Shown in pieces: positions 1 through 10,242 of a DNA stretch of 64,000 nucleotides. Source of the DNA: an uncultured Thermoleophilia bacterium (GTDB lineage: Bacteria; Actinomycetota; Thermoleophilia; UBA2241). The notes below the pieces were generated by a model. It was not told the DNA's origin. It saw nothing but the letters and a program-made list of their open reading frames with translations, and did not search any database. A program made the translations under genes and the position numbers. Within the stretch, counting starts at the first letter, position 1. Each line of letters opens with the position of its first letter. The stretch is from positions 960,001-1,024,000 of the forward strand of contig CAVPCT010000005.1 in the NCBI GenBank assembly GCA_963702475.1, written 5' to 3'.

Positions 1-863
1 ATGCCCTGCGCCCGAAAGTCGGCGTTGGCGTCCGAAGCAGCCCCGTCGGGGTTGGGCGCCGCCTCGGCCACGCCGGCTCCCTGGACCAGCACGATCACGG
101 CGATCACGACCGCGCCCGTCAGCACCGGGACGGAGAAGAGCATGTGCAGCGGCGGCAGCTGCGGCAGCGGGATGCCCGTGGGGATCTCGCCGACGTCGGA
201 CACCGTTGTCACGCTCGGCAACGCCAGGGCGAGCAGGCTGGGCACGGCCAGCGCGACCACCGAGGCGTAGGACGAGAGCCGCGTCCGCATGAGCACGAGC
301 AGCAGGGCGAACGTCGCTGCGCCGACGAGCAGCGAGGCCGGGTCGATGCGGCCGGGGTGCAGGGCGACGTCGAGGGCGCGCGTCAGCGCGACGCCGCCGT
401 TGGCCTCGGCTCCCGTCAGGTCGCCGATCTGGCTGAGGACGATGTTGGCGGCGACCCCGGTGAGGAAGCCCAGCATGACGGAGAGCGAGACGAAGCGCGT
501 GTAGCGGCCCAGCCGGAGCAGGCCGGCGACCACCATGACGACGCCGGCGAGCAGCGTCAGCAGGATGAGCGCCTCGGTGCGCGCGGCCGGGTCGAAGCCC
601 GCCAGCGCCGAGCCGGCGGCCAACGCCGCGGCGCTCGTCGTCGTGATGACCATGAGGCGGGTGCTCGAGGTCAGCCCGCCGAAGATCGGCCCGGCGAAGC
701 TGGCGTAGAGGCCGTGGATGGGGTTGACGCCGACGAGTACGGACGCCGCCATGCCGTCCGGCACGCTGCCGACAGCGCCGGGGATGCCCGCTACCGCATC
801 GCGCCCGAGGTCACCGCGCGAGACGGCCAGGGAGCGGAGCCAGGTGCGCAGGGCGACTCTCAC
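1..863 (-). CDS. SulP/SLC26 family anion (sulfate) permease, 5' part; runs off the left edge
   Basis: Not in the ORF track; read manually from GTG at 863: MRVALRTWL...DAVAGIPGAVGSVPDGMAASVLVGVNPIHGLYASFAGPIFGGLTSS, the SulP N-terminal signature. Confidence 0.85.
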   Translation of the reverse strand, partial: MRVALRTWLRSLAVSRGDLGRDAVAGIPGAVGSVPDGMAASVLVGVNPIHGLYASFAGPIFGGLTSSTRLMVITTTSAAALAAGSALAGFDPAARTEALILLTLLAGVVMVVAGLLRLGRYTRFVSLSVMLGFLTGVAANIVLSQIGDLTGAEANGGVALTRALDVALHPGRIDPASLLVGAATFALLLVLMRTRLSSYASVVALAVPSLLALALPSVTTVSDVGEIPTGIPLPQLPPLHMLFSVPVLTGAVVIAVIVLVQGAGVAEAAPNPDGAASDANADFRAQG

Positions 864-941
864 TCGCGTGGGCGCACCGGTCGGTGCGATAACTCCCTCA
901 GCATCGTTCGACCTCGGTCCGTGCCGTCTCACCGGCCGCTC

Positions 942-1805
942 CTACACTCCCTCGACAGGCGCAGGCCGCTCTCTGCCCATGCGCCTCGCGACCGGGAGGA
1001 GCACCAGGAGCAGCACGATCGCGGCGACCAGTACGTAGGGGAGAGTCATCGTCCCGGCGAAGTTCTGCGATGCCACGACGATCGCGGCGGACACGTTGCG
1101 CTGTGCCGTGCCGAGCGTCATGACGCTGCGGGCGCCGCGATCGCGCCCACCCAGGAGCGCGCCGATGAGCAGCGCGCCCCCGATGAGGAGGAGCAGGGCC
1201 AGGAACCCGTAGGACCCGACGAGGTCGATGATGTTGGAGACGTTCAACCCCAGGCCCAGCACCAGAAGGGCGAGCATCGCGATGCTGGAGACCTTGTTCA
1301 TCACGGACGCCCACCGCTCCCCCGCCTCCGTCCAGTTCGATCTGATGAGCAGGCCGACGGCGAGCGGGACCAGCATCAGGGCGACCAGGGACTTGAGGAT
1401 GTCCCAGGCGCTCACGCTCACGCCCTGCAGCAGGAGCGGCAGCACCAGCGGCAGGTAGATCACGGTCGTCACCATGAGCAGGATCATCAGCCCGACGGCG
1501 TAGGCGACGTCGCCCTTGGCGCCTTGTACCAGCTTGGGCAGGAAGGGGGCGCCGGCGCTCGCCGCCAGGATCAGCAGCCCGGTCTCGAGCGGCTGGTCCA
1601 ATGGCAGGACGAGCGTGATGAGCCAGGCCAGCAGCGGGACCAGCACGAAGTTGGCCGCCAGCGCGACCACGACCCTGCCAGGCTTCTTGAGCGGCCGCAG
1701 GATCTGCGTGACCGTCAGGCTCATGCCCATGCCCAGCATGCTGCTGGTCACGAACAGCACCCCGGAGATGGTCGCCAGCGCGGTGAAGAGCTCATTGACA
1801 CTCAT
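942..1805 (-). CDS. Bile acid:sodium symporter (SBF/ACR3-like) family transporter
   Basis: Multi-TM 287 aa; motifs ANFVLVPLLA, GAPFLPKL, QRNVSAA. Confidence 0.85.
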   Translation of the reverse strand: MSVNELFTALATISGVLFVTSSMLGMGMSLTVTQILRPLKKPGRVVVALAANFVLVPLLAWLITLVLPLDQPLETGLLILAASAGAPFLPKLVQGAKGDVAYAVGLMILLMVTTVIYLPLVLPLLLQGVSVSAWDILKSLVALMLVPLAVGLLIRSNWTEAGERWASVMNKVSSIAMLALLVLGLGLNVSNIIDLVGSYGFLALLLLIGGALLIGALLGGRDRGARSVMTLGTAQRNVSAAIVVASQNFAGTMTLPYVLVAAIVLLLVLLPVARRMGRERPAPVEGV

Positions 1806-1868
1806 GGCCGAGAGCCCTCGGTCATCGAGCGAGGTCCTGAGCCGGCGTCACGAACGCGGGCAGCTCCG

Positions 1869-4222
1869 TCACTGGCGCGCCATCAGCATGCGCAGCGTCG
1901 CTTCGTCGTCCTCGATCAGGTCGCCACTCACGTCCACGACGACCTTGTGCAGCTTCCGGTGAAGATGGCGGGCGGAGCGTAGTCCGGTGTGACCGGCGCC
2001 CCCAGGGCCCGGCCGCAGGTCACGCCGCCGGTGATGCCGAGGGCCAGCGGCGTGGTCGTGGGCACCTCTGCGGCGGCCACCAGCGCGCCGTCGACGTAGA
2101 GCTGCGCAGTGCCGCCGGCGCCCTTGCCCACGCCGATGTCGGGCGGCGAGGTGACCTCGAACTCGAAGCGCAGCTCGTGTTCGCCCGCCGGCACGGGCTC
2201 GGGCGACTCGACGTAGTAGCGGGCGCGGTCGACGTAGTTGTGGCACCACTTGAGCTTGCCGTCCTTCAGATAGAAGGCGTAGCCGCTGTCCATACCTCCG
2301 TGCGCCAGCAGTACACCGTCGGCGCCGCCCTCCGGGATCTCGGCGAAGGCGGTGATGCTGTGGGCGCGGTTCAGGACCTTCGCCGCCGCATTGCCCGCGA
2401 CCATCTGCGTGCCCGGGTAATACGTGAAGCTGCTTCGGTCGGCGGCGATGACCGGCCGTTCCTCGAGCAGGCGCTGCACGCCGCGGCCATCCACCGGCAG
2501 GACGTTGTACTTGCCGGCTTCCACGTACCACTGGCCGATCAGCTCGATCAGCTTGTCGCGGTGCTCGGCGGCGATGTCGTGGTTCTCGGCGAAGTCCTCG
2601 GCCACGTGGTAGAGCTCCCAGTGGTGCGCGTCAAGCTCGGTGAGCGTGTCGTGGGAGAGAGGCGCGCCGAACGGCGGACCGGCCTCGGCGAACGACGGAC
2701 CGGGCCAGGGGCAGACCGCCCGCCACCCGTCCTGGTAGATCGAGCGGTGGCCCAGCATCTCGAAGTACTGCGTGTGGTGCCGGGTCGGCGCATCGGCCGC
2801 GTCGAAGGTGTGCGCGAAGCTCACGCCCTCGATCGGCGACTGCGTGACACCCTCGATGCTCGGTGGCGGCTCGAGGCCGAGGGCCTCGAGCACCGTCGGC
2901 ACCATGTCGATCGCGTGGGCGTACTGGGCGCGCACGTCGCCGCGGGCGGCGATCGCCGCCGGCCAGCTCACGATGAACGGGTCGCTGATGCCGCCGCGGT
3001 AGGTCTCGCGCTTCCAGCGCCGGAATGGCGTGTCTCCCGCCCAGGTCCAGCCCCAGGCGTAGTGGTTGAACGTCGTCGGCGAGCCGAGCTCGTCGATGCG
3101 CGCCAGGTTCTCTTCCAGCGACTCGGGCACGTTGTTGAAGAACTGGGTCTCGTTGACGGAGCCCGTGGGGCCACCCTCCGATGAAGCGCCGTTGTCGGAG
3201 ATCACCATGACGAGCGTGTTGTCGAGCTCGCCGAGCGAACGCAGGAACTCGAGCACCCGTCCGATGTGGTGGTCGGTGTGGGTCATGAAGCCGGCGAAGA
3301 CCTCCATCATGCGCGCGTACAGGCGGCGCTCGTCGGCGCCGAGCGACTCCCACTCCTGCACGTCCGGGTCGTGGCGCGAGAGCTCGGCCTCCTGCGGCAC
3401 GATGCCGAGCTCCTTCTGGCGCGCGAAGACGCGCTCGCGGTAGGCGTCCCAGCCGTCGTCGAACTTGCCGGCATACCTGTCCGCCCACTCCTTGGGGACG
3501 TGGTGGGGAGCATGCTGGGCGCCGAGACAGTAGTAGAGGAAGAAGGGCTTGTTCGGAGCCACCTGCTTGGTGTCGGCGATGAACGAGATCGCCCGGTCGG
3601 CGAGATCCTCGTTCAGCGTGTAGCCCTCCTCGGGTGTCTTCGGCGGCTCGACCTGATGGTTGTCGTACACCAGCTCGGGATAGTACTGGTGCGTCTCGCC
3701 GCCCAGGAACCCGTAGAAGCGCTCGAAGCCGCGTCCCAGCGGCCAGCGGTCGTAGGGGCCGGCGGCCGAGATCTGATCGGCCGCGGTCAGATGCCACTTG
3801 CCGACCGCGTAGGTGTTGTAGCCGTGCTGCAGCAGCATCTCCGAGAGGAACCCGTTCTCGTGCGGGACGTAGCCGTTGTAGCCCGGGTAGCCGGTCGAGC
3901 CCTCGGTGATGCAGGCCATGCTGTTGGAGTGATGGTTGCGACCAGTCAGGATGCAGGTCCGGGTCGGCGAACAGAGCGCCGTGGTGTGCATGTTGGCGTA
4001 GGTCAGGCCGTTCGCGGCCAGCGCGTCGAGGTTCGGTGTCTCGATGGGGCTGCCGAAACAGCCGATCTGGCCGTAGCCGGTATCGTCGAGCACGATGAAG
4101 AGCACGTTCGGCGCACCCTCCCGTGCCCGCAACGGCTGCGGCCAGGCGGGTTCGCTCACGTCGAACGTCCGGCCCACGACGCCGGGGAACGCCGTGCCGG
4201 GCGCGTACTCGTTGAGAGCCAT
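1869..4222 (-). CDS. Arylsulfatase (Cys-type, AtsA/AtsD-like); -1 frameshift near 1957
   Basis: PNVLFIVLDD, CSPTR (CxPxR), GKWH, SDNG. The C-terminus KLHKVVVDVSG...LMARQ continues in the 1869..2531 frame. Confidence 0.92.
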
Positions 4223-4414
4223 GGACTCCTCCTTCAGGTGGACGGCGCGGCGCCACGACCATTCCGGCGCGGCGAGCTTCAGCGAATCGTCAGAGTGAAG
4301 CAGGTTCCTGTTAGCAGTCCGTTAACCAAGCCTGCCACGTTGGGCCGAAAGCGGACCCGACGAGGGGCCACGGGCCTGCAGCGGCAGCGGGCCGACACCG
4401 ACTCGGGTCCATGG

Positions 4415-5515
4415 TCACGGACCCTGAAAGGCCCCGACCAGCGCAACGACGACGCCGACCGCTCCGGCAAGGAGCAGGCCGCTCACGACCCCGCGCCGGA
4501 GAACGAAGAGCCAGAGCATCGCCCCGAAGAGCACCGGCACCTGCCACAGGTGCTGCAGGGAGAGGCCGAGGGGGATCGCCGATCCCGCGATGGCCCCGAT
4601 GACGGCTATCCCCGCCCCGGTGAGAAACGACTGGACCGCAGCGCTCGCCCGGATCTGGTCGAACCGCGGCCCACCGGCCAGGACAAGGAAGAACGAAGGA
4701 GCGAACGCGACCGCCGCCGCCAGCAGGGCGCCGCCGACGCCGCTCGCGGCGTAGCCGACCACCAGCCACGGTCTGGACGACCGGTCCCGGGGTGACCTGG
4801 CCGAGCGCGACGGCATTGAGGAACTGTGCGCCGGTCATCCAGTGGTAGGTGACCACGGCATCGTGCTGCATGAGCGGGACGATGACGAATCCGCCGCCGT
4901 AAGAGAGGGCGCCGACCTTGAAGGCGACCCAGGCGACGGCACCGAGACCGCCAACCACGCCGGCCTGCGCGACGAGCGCCGGGATGAGGGCGCGCGTCGA
5001 GCTCCCTCCCAGACCCGGACCGGCCCGACCGGCGGACCGCTATCTCGGTCACGCCGCAGGCGAGGAGCAGGAGCACGAGGTATGGGCCGACTGTGGCCGC
5101 GGCAACGCCTCCGACCAGGGCGTAGGCGGCCCAGCGGACCTTCTCGGCCCTGCGGCCGCCGATGCGTCTCCAGCTGGCGGGGACCAGCCCCGCCGCCGCG
5201 CCCAGGGCGACCGCAGGCACGGCGGCGCCGGCGCCGGCGGCCGCGCCGAGCACCCAGGCCGGCGGGCTGCCGGCGAGACAGAGGACCGACAGCGCGATGA
5301 TGAGCACCAGCCCGGGCACGATGAAGCAGACGCCGCCGCGGACAGCACCAACCGCCCCCCGCAGCCTCCAGGCGCAGAAGATGGCCAGCTGGGTGGAGGC
5401 AGGTCCCGGCAGCAGGTTGGTGGCCGCGATGCCGTCCTCGAACTCCTTGGCTCCCATCCAGCGGCGCTCCTCGACGCAGAGGCGACGCAGCAGGGCGATG
5501 TGCGGGCGTCGCACG
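4415..5515 (-). pseudogene. chrA: Chromate efflux transporter (ChrA family), 5'-truncated and frameshifted
   Basis: Segments in three frames: HIALLRR..NLLPGPASTQ, KVGALSYGGGFVIVPLMQ..GQVTPGP, VGYAA..FAPSF. The first GFGG motif and start codon are missing. Confidence 0.8.
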
Positions 5516-5976
5516 CGGCGGCGACCGACGATCGGTGTGTTCCTCTCCGCGCGCCGCGGAAAGTACGCTTCGCGAGAGGACGGCGAGGCTCCGGGCGGCG
5601 AGCGAGACGACGCTGCCTGGCGTGGGCCGCGCGTCCTCGGCAGCCATCTCCTCGAGACGGCCGGGCGCGGAGAGGGGGCCGGCGATCGCCAGCCGCGCAG
5701 CTCGTGGCAGAGTGCGCATCGCCGGGTCAGCTTCCAGCTCGCCTCGTAGGCGACGCCACCGCTCCCCGGCAAGCTGCCAGGAAGTTGCTGGCCTTTCAGG
5801 GAACCACAGGGCGAGCAAGCTCCGGGCACCCGCGGACTGTCGCCAAACGACTCCGAACCACCATCGCAGTCCCCCGATCGGCACGCGCCAGGCTGCCAGG
5901 AGTTGCCGGTACGTAGCCAGATCCGCGGGAAGACTGGCAGTGCGGTAGTCCGTAGAAGCATGGAGAGGAGAGCGCC

Positions 5977-6321
5977 ATGAGCAACGAACAGCCGGCGCCT
6001 GAGACAAGAGGTGTCACGGTGGAGTTGCTTGCAGCTGTCGACCTTGGCCCTGAGATCGAGGGCATGGCGGGACGCCAGCTTCGAACGCGCATGGTGACCA
6101 TCGAGCCTGGCGGCGTCTTCGGCCCGATCCACGACCACAAAGGCAGACCGGGCACCGTCTACGTACTGCAAGGAACGATCACCGACCATCGCGATGGAGT
6201 CGCTACGGACTATGGGCCGGGAGTGGGCTGGCCCGAGGACAGCAACACCACGCACTGGCTCGAGAACAGAGGGACGATCGCGGCGGTGGAGATCTCGGTC
6301 GACATAGTCAGGGATGAGTAG
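5977..6321 (+). CDS. Cupin domain protein
   Basis: IEPGG..HDH..YVLQG..HW cupin motif; GGAG RBS. Confidence 0.85.
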   Translation: MSNEQPAPETRGVTVELLAAVDLGPEIEGMAGRQLRTRMVTIEPGGVFGPIHDHKGRPGTVYVLQGTITDHRDGVATDYGPGVGWPEDSNTTHWLENRGTIAAVEISVDIVRDE

Positions 6322-6422
6322 GCGGTGGCCCAACCCCGCGCCGGCTCCGGCAGCCATGGAGTAGGCTCCCGGCGCCGGCGCGCAGGCTTTGCGCGGGGCG
6401 TCGACTGGAGGAGTCGGATCCG

Positions 6423-7271
6423 ATGGGGGTCAGGACGATCGTGGCGGGGGACGTCCGTCTCGCGAGTGAGGCGTTCGGCGAGTCCTCCGACCCGACCATC
6501 CTGCTCATCATGGGCGCCATGGCGTCGTCTGTCTGGTGGCCCGTCGACTTCTGCCGGGAGCTGGCGGCGCGGGGGCGCCACGTGATCCGCTACGACCATC
6601 GCGACACCGGCGCATCGACGAGCTACGCCCCGGGCACGATCCACTACTCGGTCGATGACCTGGCCGACGACGCGCTGGCCGTGCTCGACAGCTACGGCGT
6701 CGCCCGTGCCCACCTCGTCGGCATGTCCCTGGGCGGATTGCTGGCCCAGCTCGTGGCGCTCAAACACCCGGAGCGCGTGATCACCCTGACGCTCGTCAGC
6801 TCGGAGCGCCTCGCCGAGACCGACCCCGACTTGCCGCAGATGTCGCCGAAGATCCCCGCCTACCACGCCGCGGCGACGTCGCTCGACTGGAGCGACCGCC
6901 AGGCGGTCCTCGACTACCAGGTGGGCGCATGGCGGCTCCTGTCGGGCTCCGCACACGAGTTCGACGAAGCACACATCCGCGCCCTGGCGGCGGCCGACTA
7001 CGACCGCACACCCGACCCCCTCACGCAGTTCAACCACGCTCTCCTCAGCGGCGGCGAGCGGTGGTACGGCCGCCTCTTCGACATCACGCAGCCGGCACTC
7101 GTCATCCACGGCACGGAGGACCCGGTCCTGTCCTACGCCCACGCCCTGGCGCTCGAGCGCGACCTGCCCGACGCAACGTCGCTCACGCTGACCGGTTCCG
7201 GGCACGAACTCCATCCGGCCGACTGGCCCGTCATCATCGAGGCCATCGCCGCACACACTGGCAGACGCTGA
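6423..7271 (+). CDS. Alpha/beta hydrolase (RdmC-like esterase)
   Basis: YDHRDTG, GMSLG nucleophile, HGTED, GHE. Confidence 0.9.
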   Translation: MGVRTIVAGDVRLASEAFGESSDPTILLIMGAMASSVWWPVDFCRELAARGRHVIRYDHRDTGASTSYAPGTIHYSVDDLADDALAVLDSYGVARAHLVGMSLGGLLAQLVALKHPERVITLTLVSSERLAETDPDLPQMSPKIPAYHAAATSLDWSDRQAVLDYQVGAWRLLSGSAHEFDEAHIRALAAADYDRTPDPLTQFNHALLSGGERWYGRLFDITQPALVIHGTEDPVLSYAHALALERDLPDATSLTLTGSGHELHPADWPVIIEAIAAHTGRR

Positions 7272-7425
7272 CGTAGACCGCGAGGCAGCGCTCGACGATC
7301 TCCTCGCTGGGGCCGGGGCGGCGCTAGCCACTCCTGACTGCGACCCGGAAGTGCGGGCTGACCAGGGCCGTGTCGAGCCGCCGAGCGGCGGGCGCGACCC
7401 GCAGAGGGCTCTGCATAGCTAGCTT

Positions 7426-7464
7426 TTCCATAAAGTGACTTTATGATTGAGATACTCTATGGAA
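7426..7464. promoter_or_regulatory. AT-rich palindromic operator-like site upstream of the secreted protein gene
   Basis: CATAAAGT-G-ACTTTATG at 7429-7445, plus a near-perfect TTCCATAAAGT/ACTCTATGGAA inverted pair. Confidence 0.55.
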
Positions 7465-7535
7465 GGGAACATCAGGGACGGTCTAGTCATGGACCACGCC
7501 GGCCGAGGCCGGAGACTCTCAAGGAGGAAGCGACG

Positions 7536-8177
7536 ATGCGCTCCACATCCCTGCCCTTCGAAGTTCCGCTCAGGAAGCACCTCGCCGTGGCCAGCATCGC
7601 CCTGATGCTGACCATCGCGAGCCTGTTTCTGCTGGCCGTACCTTCAGCCCAAGCCGCGACCCTGCGTCTCGACGGCGTGCGCACCACGCTGACCACCGAT
7701 CCCGCCACCACCTCGGCGCTCTTCGGCGCCGGCATCATCCCACTGCCCGTGGCGCCGACCCCGATCGTCCCCACGGCGGACGCCGCCCGGTATACCTTCC
7801 CCGTGACCGGCGGCGCCGTCGACAGCAAGACCCTCGCCGGCTCCATCCTTCACTCCGGCGGCCTGCTGCTCGCCCAGCGTGACGGCATGGGCTGGAAGGC
7901 CCTGAGCCTCACCAAGTTCACCATCCGCATCAACGACAACCCCGGTCTCACCGCGATCGTGAACGGCGGCGACCGCGTCCGCATAGCAGATCTCGATCTC
8001 AGCAGCGCCAAGATCGACCGTTACACGCGGCACGGCCGCGCCTTCGTCAGCATCGGCAACGTTGGCGTCACGCTCAACGCAACGGCCATGGGCGCGATCA
8101 ACAGCACCTTCGGCACCGCGCTGCCCGACGAGGTCAAGCTCGGGACCGCAAAGGTGCTTGCCCGGGTGGCCCACTGA
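7536..8177 (+). CDS. Secreted beta-rich hypothetical protein (possibly HtaA-like)
   Basis: AGGAGG RBS; signal peptide ending AQA; FPVTGG..GSILHSGGL motif. Confidence 0.7.
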   Translation: MRSTSLPFEVPLRKHLAVASIALMLTIASLFLLAVPSAQAATLRLDGVRTTLTTDPATTSALFGAGIIPLPVAPTPIVPTADAARYTFPVTGGAVDSKTLAGSILHSGGLLLAQRDGMGWKALSLTKFTIRINDNPGLTAIVNGGDRVRIADLDLSSAKIDRYTRHGRAFVSIGNVGVTLNATAMGAINSTFGTALPDEVKLGTAKVLARVAH

Positions 8178-8248
8178 CCTGACCGAGCGCTACACGTACT
8201 CCTCGGCTTGAGCCGGGCACCCGACCGACGAACCGGGCGGGTAGGGCA

Positions 8249-8286
8249 GCGGCGAGGCGGGCCACCACGGTGGCCCGCCTCGCCGC
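8249..8286. terminator. GC-rich hairpin downstream of the secreted protein gene
   Basis: 18-bp inverted repeat GCGGCGAGGCGGGCCACC/GGTGGCCCGCCTCGCCGC. Confidence 0.55.
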
Positions 8287-8508
8287 CATCATTTCGCAGC
8301 CCAAACGCTGACAGTGGCCCAGGCTGGCCAGGACCGGCTTGGGCCTGGAGGGTCACCGCCGGCCCACGGTCGACCCCTCGACGGTGGCTCTCACAGACTG
8401 CCTATCCGACTCCCCCAGCCTTGGTGCTATCGTCTTGGGCAGAAGCAGACAGCTGCGCCTGTGCGGAAGCGCAGGCTGCAGACTCCTTGTTCGGCAGAAC
8501 AGAGCTAG

Positions 8509-8850
8509 ATGAAGCGACGCGGTCTTAGACTCCTGATCGCCCTCGGGGTCGGCGGGGGGCTCGTCGGCCTGGCGGCCGTGCTCGTCCGGGTCACCCGTGT
8601 CCACGACTTCTACGCCGTGTGTCTCGTGATCGGCCTGATCGCCATCGGCCTCGCGGTTGCGGCTCTGGTCTCTCCCAACGTGCTCATGCAACGCGCGACT
8701 GGAGACCCGTACTTCGGCGAGAGCTACACGCCCCCCGACGACGTCAGCTTCTCGGAGGCTGAATATCGCTGGGTCGGCTGGTACTCCCTCTACCTGGTAC
8801 TGGCGGCTGTGCCGTGCCTTCTCACGGCGCTGATCCACTACTGGACATAG
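8509..8850 (+). CDS. Small 3-TM hypothetical membrane protein (cassette-like)
   Basis: 113 aa with three hydrophobic segments; flanked by a 13-bp inverted repeat. Confidence 0.65.
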   Translation: MKRRGLRLLIALGVGGGLVGLAAVLVRVTRVHDFYAVCLVIGLIAIGLAVAALVSPNVLMQRATGDPYFGESYTPPDDVSFSEAEYRWVGWYSLYLVLAAVPCLLTALIHYWT

Positions 8851-8934
8851 CGTCGACACGGCGGGTCTGCCGAACAAGCGCGTCTTGGTGTCGCTCTGTC
8901 TCTCGTGGGACCCAGAGGCCGGCAAAAGCTGGCC

Positions 8935-9125
8935 GGCCGCAGCCTGCGCTTCGACGCCGCCGCGGAGCGTGAGCTGAACGAGGCCGTCGACTTCTGCGAT
9001 CTCGAGAGTCCCGGCCTCGGCGATGTCTTCCTTGCAGAGGTCGAGCACGCGCTCACCACGGTCGAGGCGTTCCCCGAGGCGGCTGAGCCGCTCCGCGACG
9101 GGGTGCGCCGGCGCGTCCTGCCATG
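8935..9125 (+). pseudogene. RelE/ParE-family toxin remnant
   Basis: LRFDAAAERELNEAVDFCDLESPGLGDVFLAEVEHAL..FPEA..GVRRRVL; no proper start, C-terminus lost, no antitoxin. Confidence 0.7.
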
Positions 9126-9177
9126 CCCGCCTTCTCAAGAAGGGTCGACACGGGACACGACACAACGCCGGCGCCCC

Positions 9178-9429
9178 TCAGGATGAGTGCAGGCGGCGGC
9201 GCCGATCGGGGTGTTGGCCACACCACTCATTGAACCTCGTGACGGCGAAGAGGTGTCCTATCTCGTGACCGCCCTGGAGCGGTATCGGCGGTGACTGACG
9301 GCACTCGCCCATGGTGCTCTGTTCGCGCTTCGGGTCCATGCCCTTGGAGCCCACCTCCTTCAGCCCGTACTCGACGTCGTCGGGGAGGCGCGCCCACCAA
9401 GGGCACGTCTCGCAGGTCGCTTCATTCAT
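9178..9429 (-). CDS. Small Cys-rich hypothetical protein (phage-like)
   Basis: MNEATCETCPWW...GECRQSPP...WCGQH; GGAG RBS upstream. Confidence 0.55.
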   Translation of the reverse strand: MNEATCETCPWWARLPDDVEYGLKEVGSKGMDPKREQSTMGECRQSPPIPLQGGHEIGHLFAVTRFNEWCGQHPDRRRRLHSS

Positions 9430-9834
9430 CTCGTCGCTCCCCGTTGCGGTCTCCAGGAAGCCCACCGGGACGCGATCCACGCGATCGACCCGGTGCGACC
9501 ACCATGGTTCCTCGTGCGTTGCATTGGCTCAGACTACTCTCCGGGAGCGAGCGCGCACCAGTCAGTGTCGATGCACCCCCGCCGACGCATCCTTCGGCGC
9601 GACCCGTTGAGCGCCGTGTCGTGCGGCCGGCGCGGACGGTCGGGCGTGACACGCGGCTCGACCGGGCGCGCTTCAGTCGGCTGCGCCTCTGTTGGCGCCC
9701 GGTCAGCCTGCTTCCGGGGGTGCGTAGTGGTCATGAAGCATCGCGATAGGAGTACATGACCGCTGGGTGGACCGCATCGTGGGCCTCGACGGGGTACGGG
9801 CCGAGATCGCGATGCTGCAGACCCCGGACGGCCG

Positions 9835-10021
9835 AGATGCCTCGCCTGCGCAGCCCGTTGAGGTAGCCCACCTGCCAGGCGATGAAGAGAATGCCGCCGC
9901 CGAGAACGAGAGCTCTGTCGTTGCCCGCGCCGGGCCCCGCACCATGATCGACCGGCCTCGCGAGCCCGTCTGACGTCCCCTTGCCGTACCGTCCGGCAGC
10001 CTCGGACCCCAACACGATCAT
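9835..10021 (-). pseudogene. Patatin-like phospholipase N-terminal remnant
   Basis: RALVLGGGILFIAWQVGYLNGLRRRGI, then similarity stops; no GxSxG. Confidence 0.55.
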
Positions 10022-10242
10022 GTCGGCCTCCCCCTCGACGCGCCTCGGCTCGGGTGAGCCGCGCGTGAGTGCTACCTGCCCGGAGGACCGACGCCAGGCG
10101 TCGGCGGCCGTTCGTGCCTCCGCGGCGACAGTCCTTGCTTGCAGGCGACTCCCCTGGCCGCCGAACACCGGGGGATGGCCCTCCGAGGTAAACGGGTAGC
10201 CTGCGGACAGCAGACCCACCGACCACACTCCGGGAGAGCACC

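Noticed and set aside
4300-4332. GTTAG/GTTAA 11-bp-spaced repeat upstream of the arylsulfatase as a response-regulator box
   Set aside because: Too short and degenerate to support.
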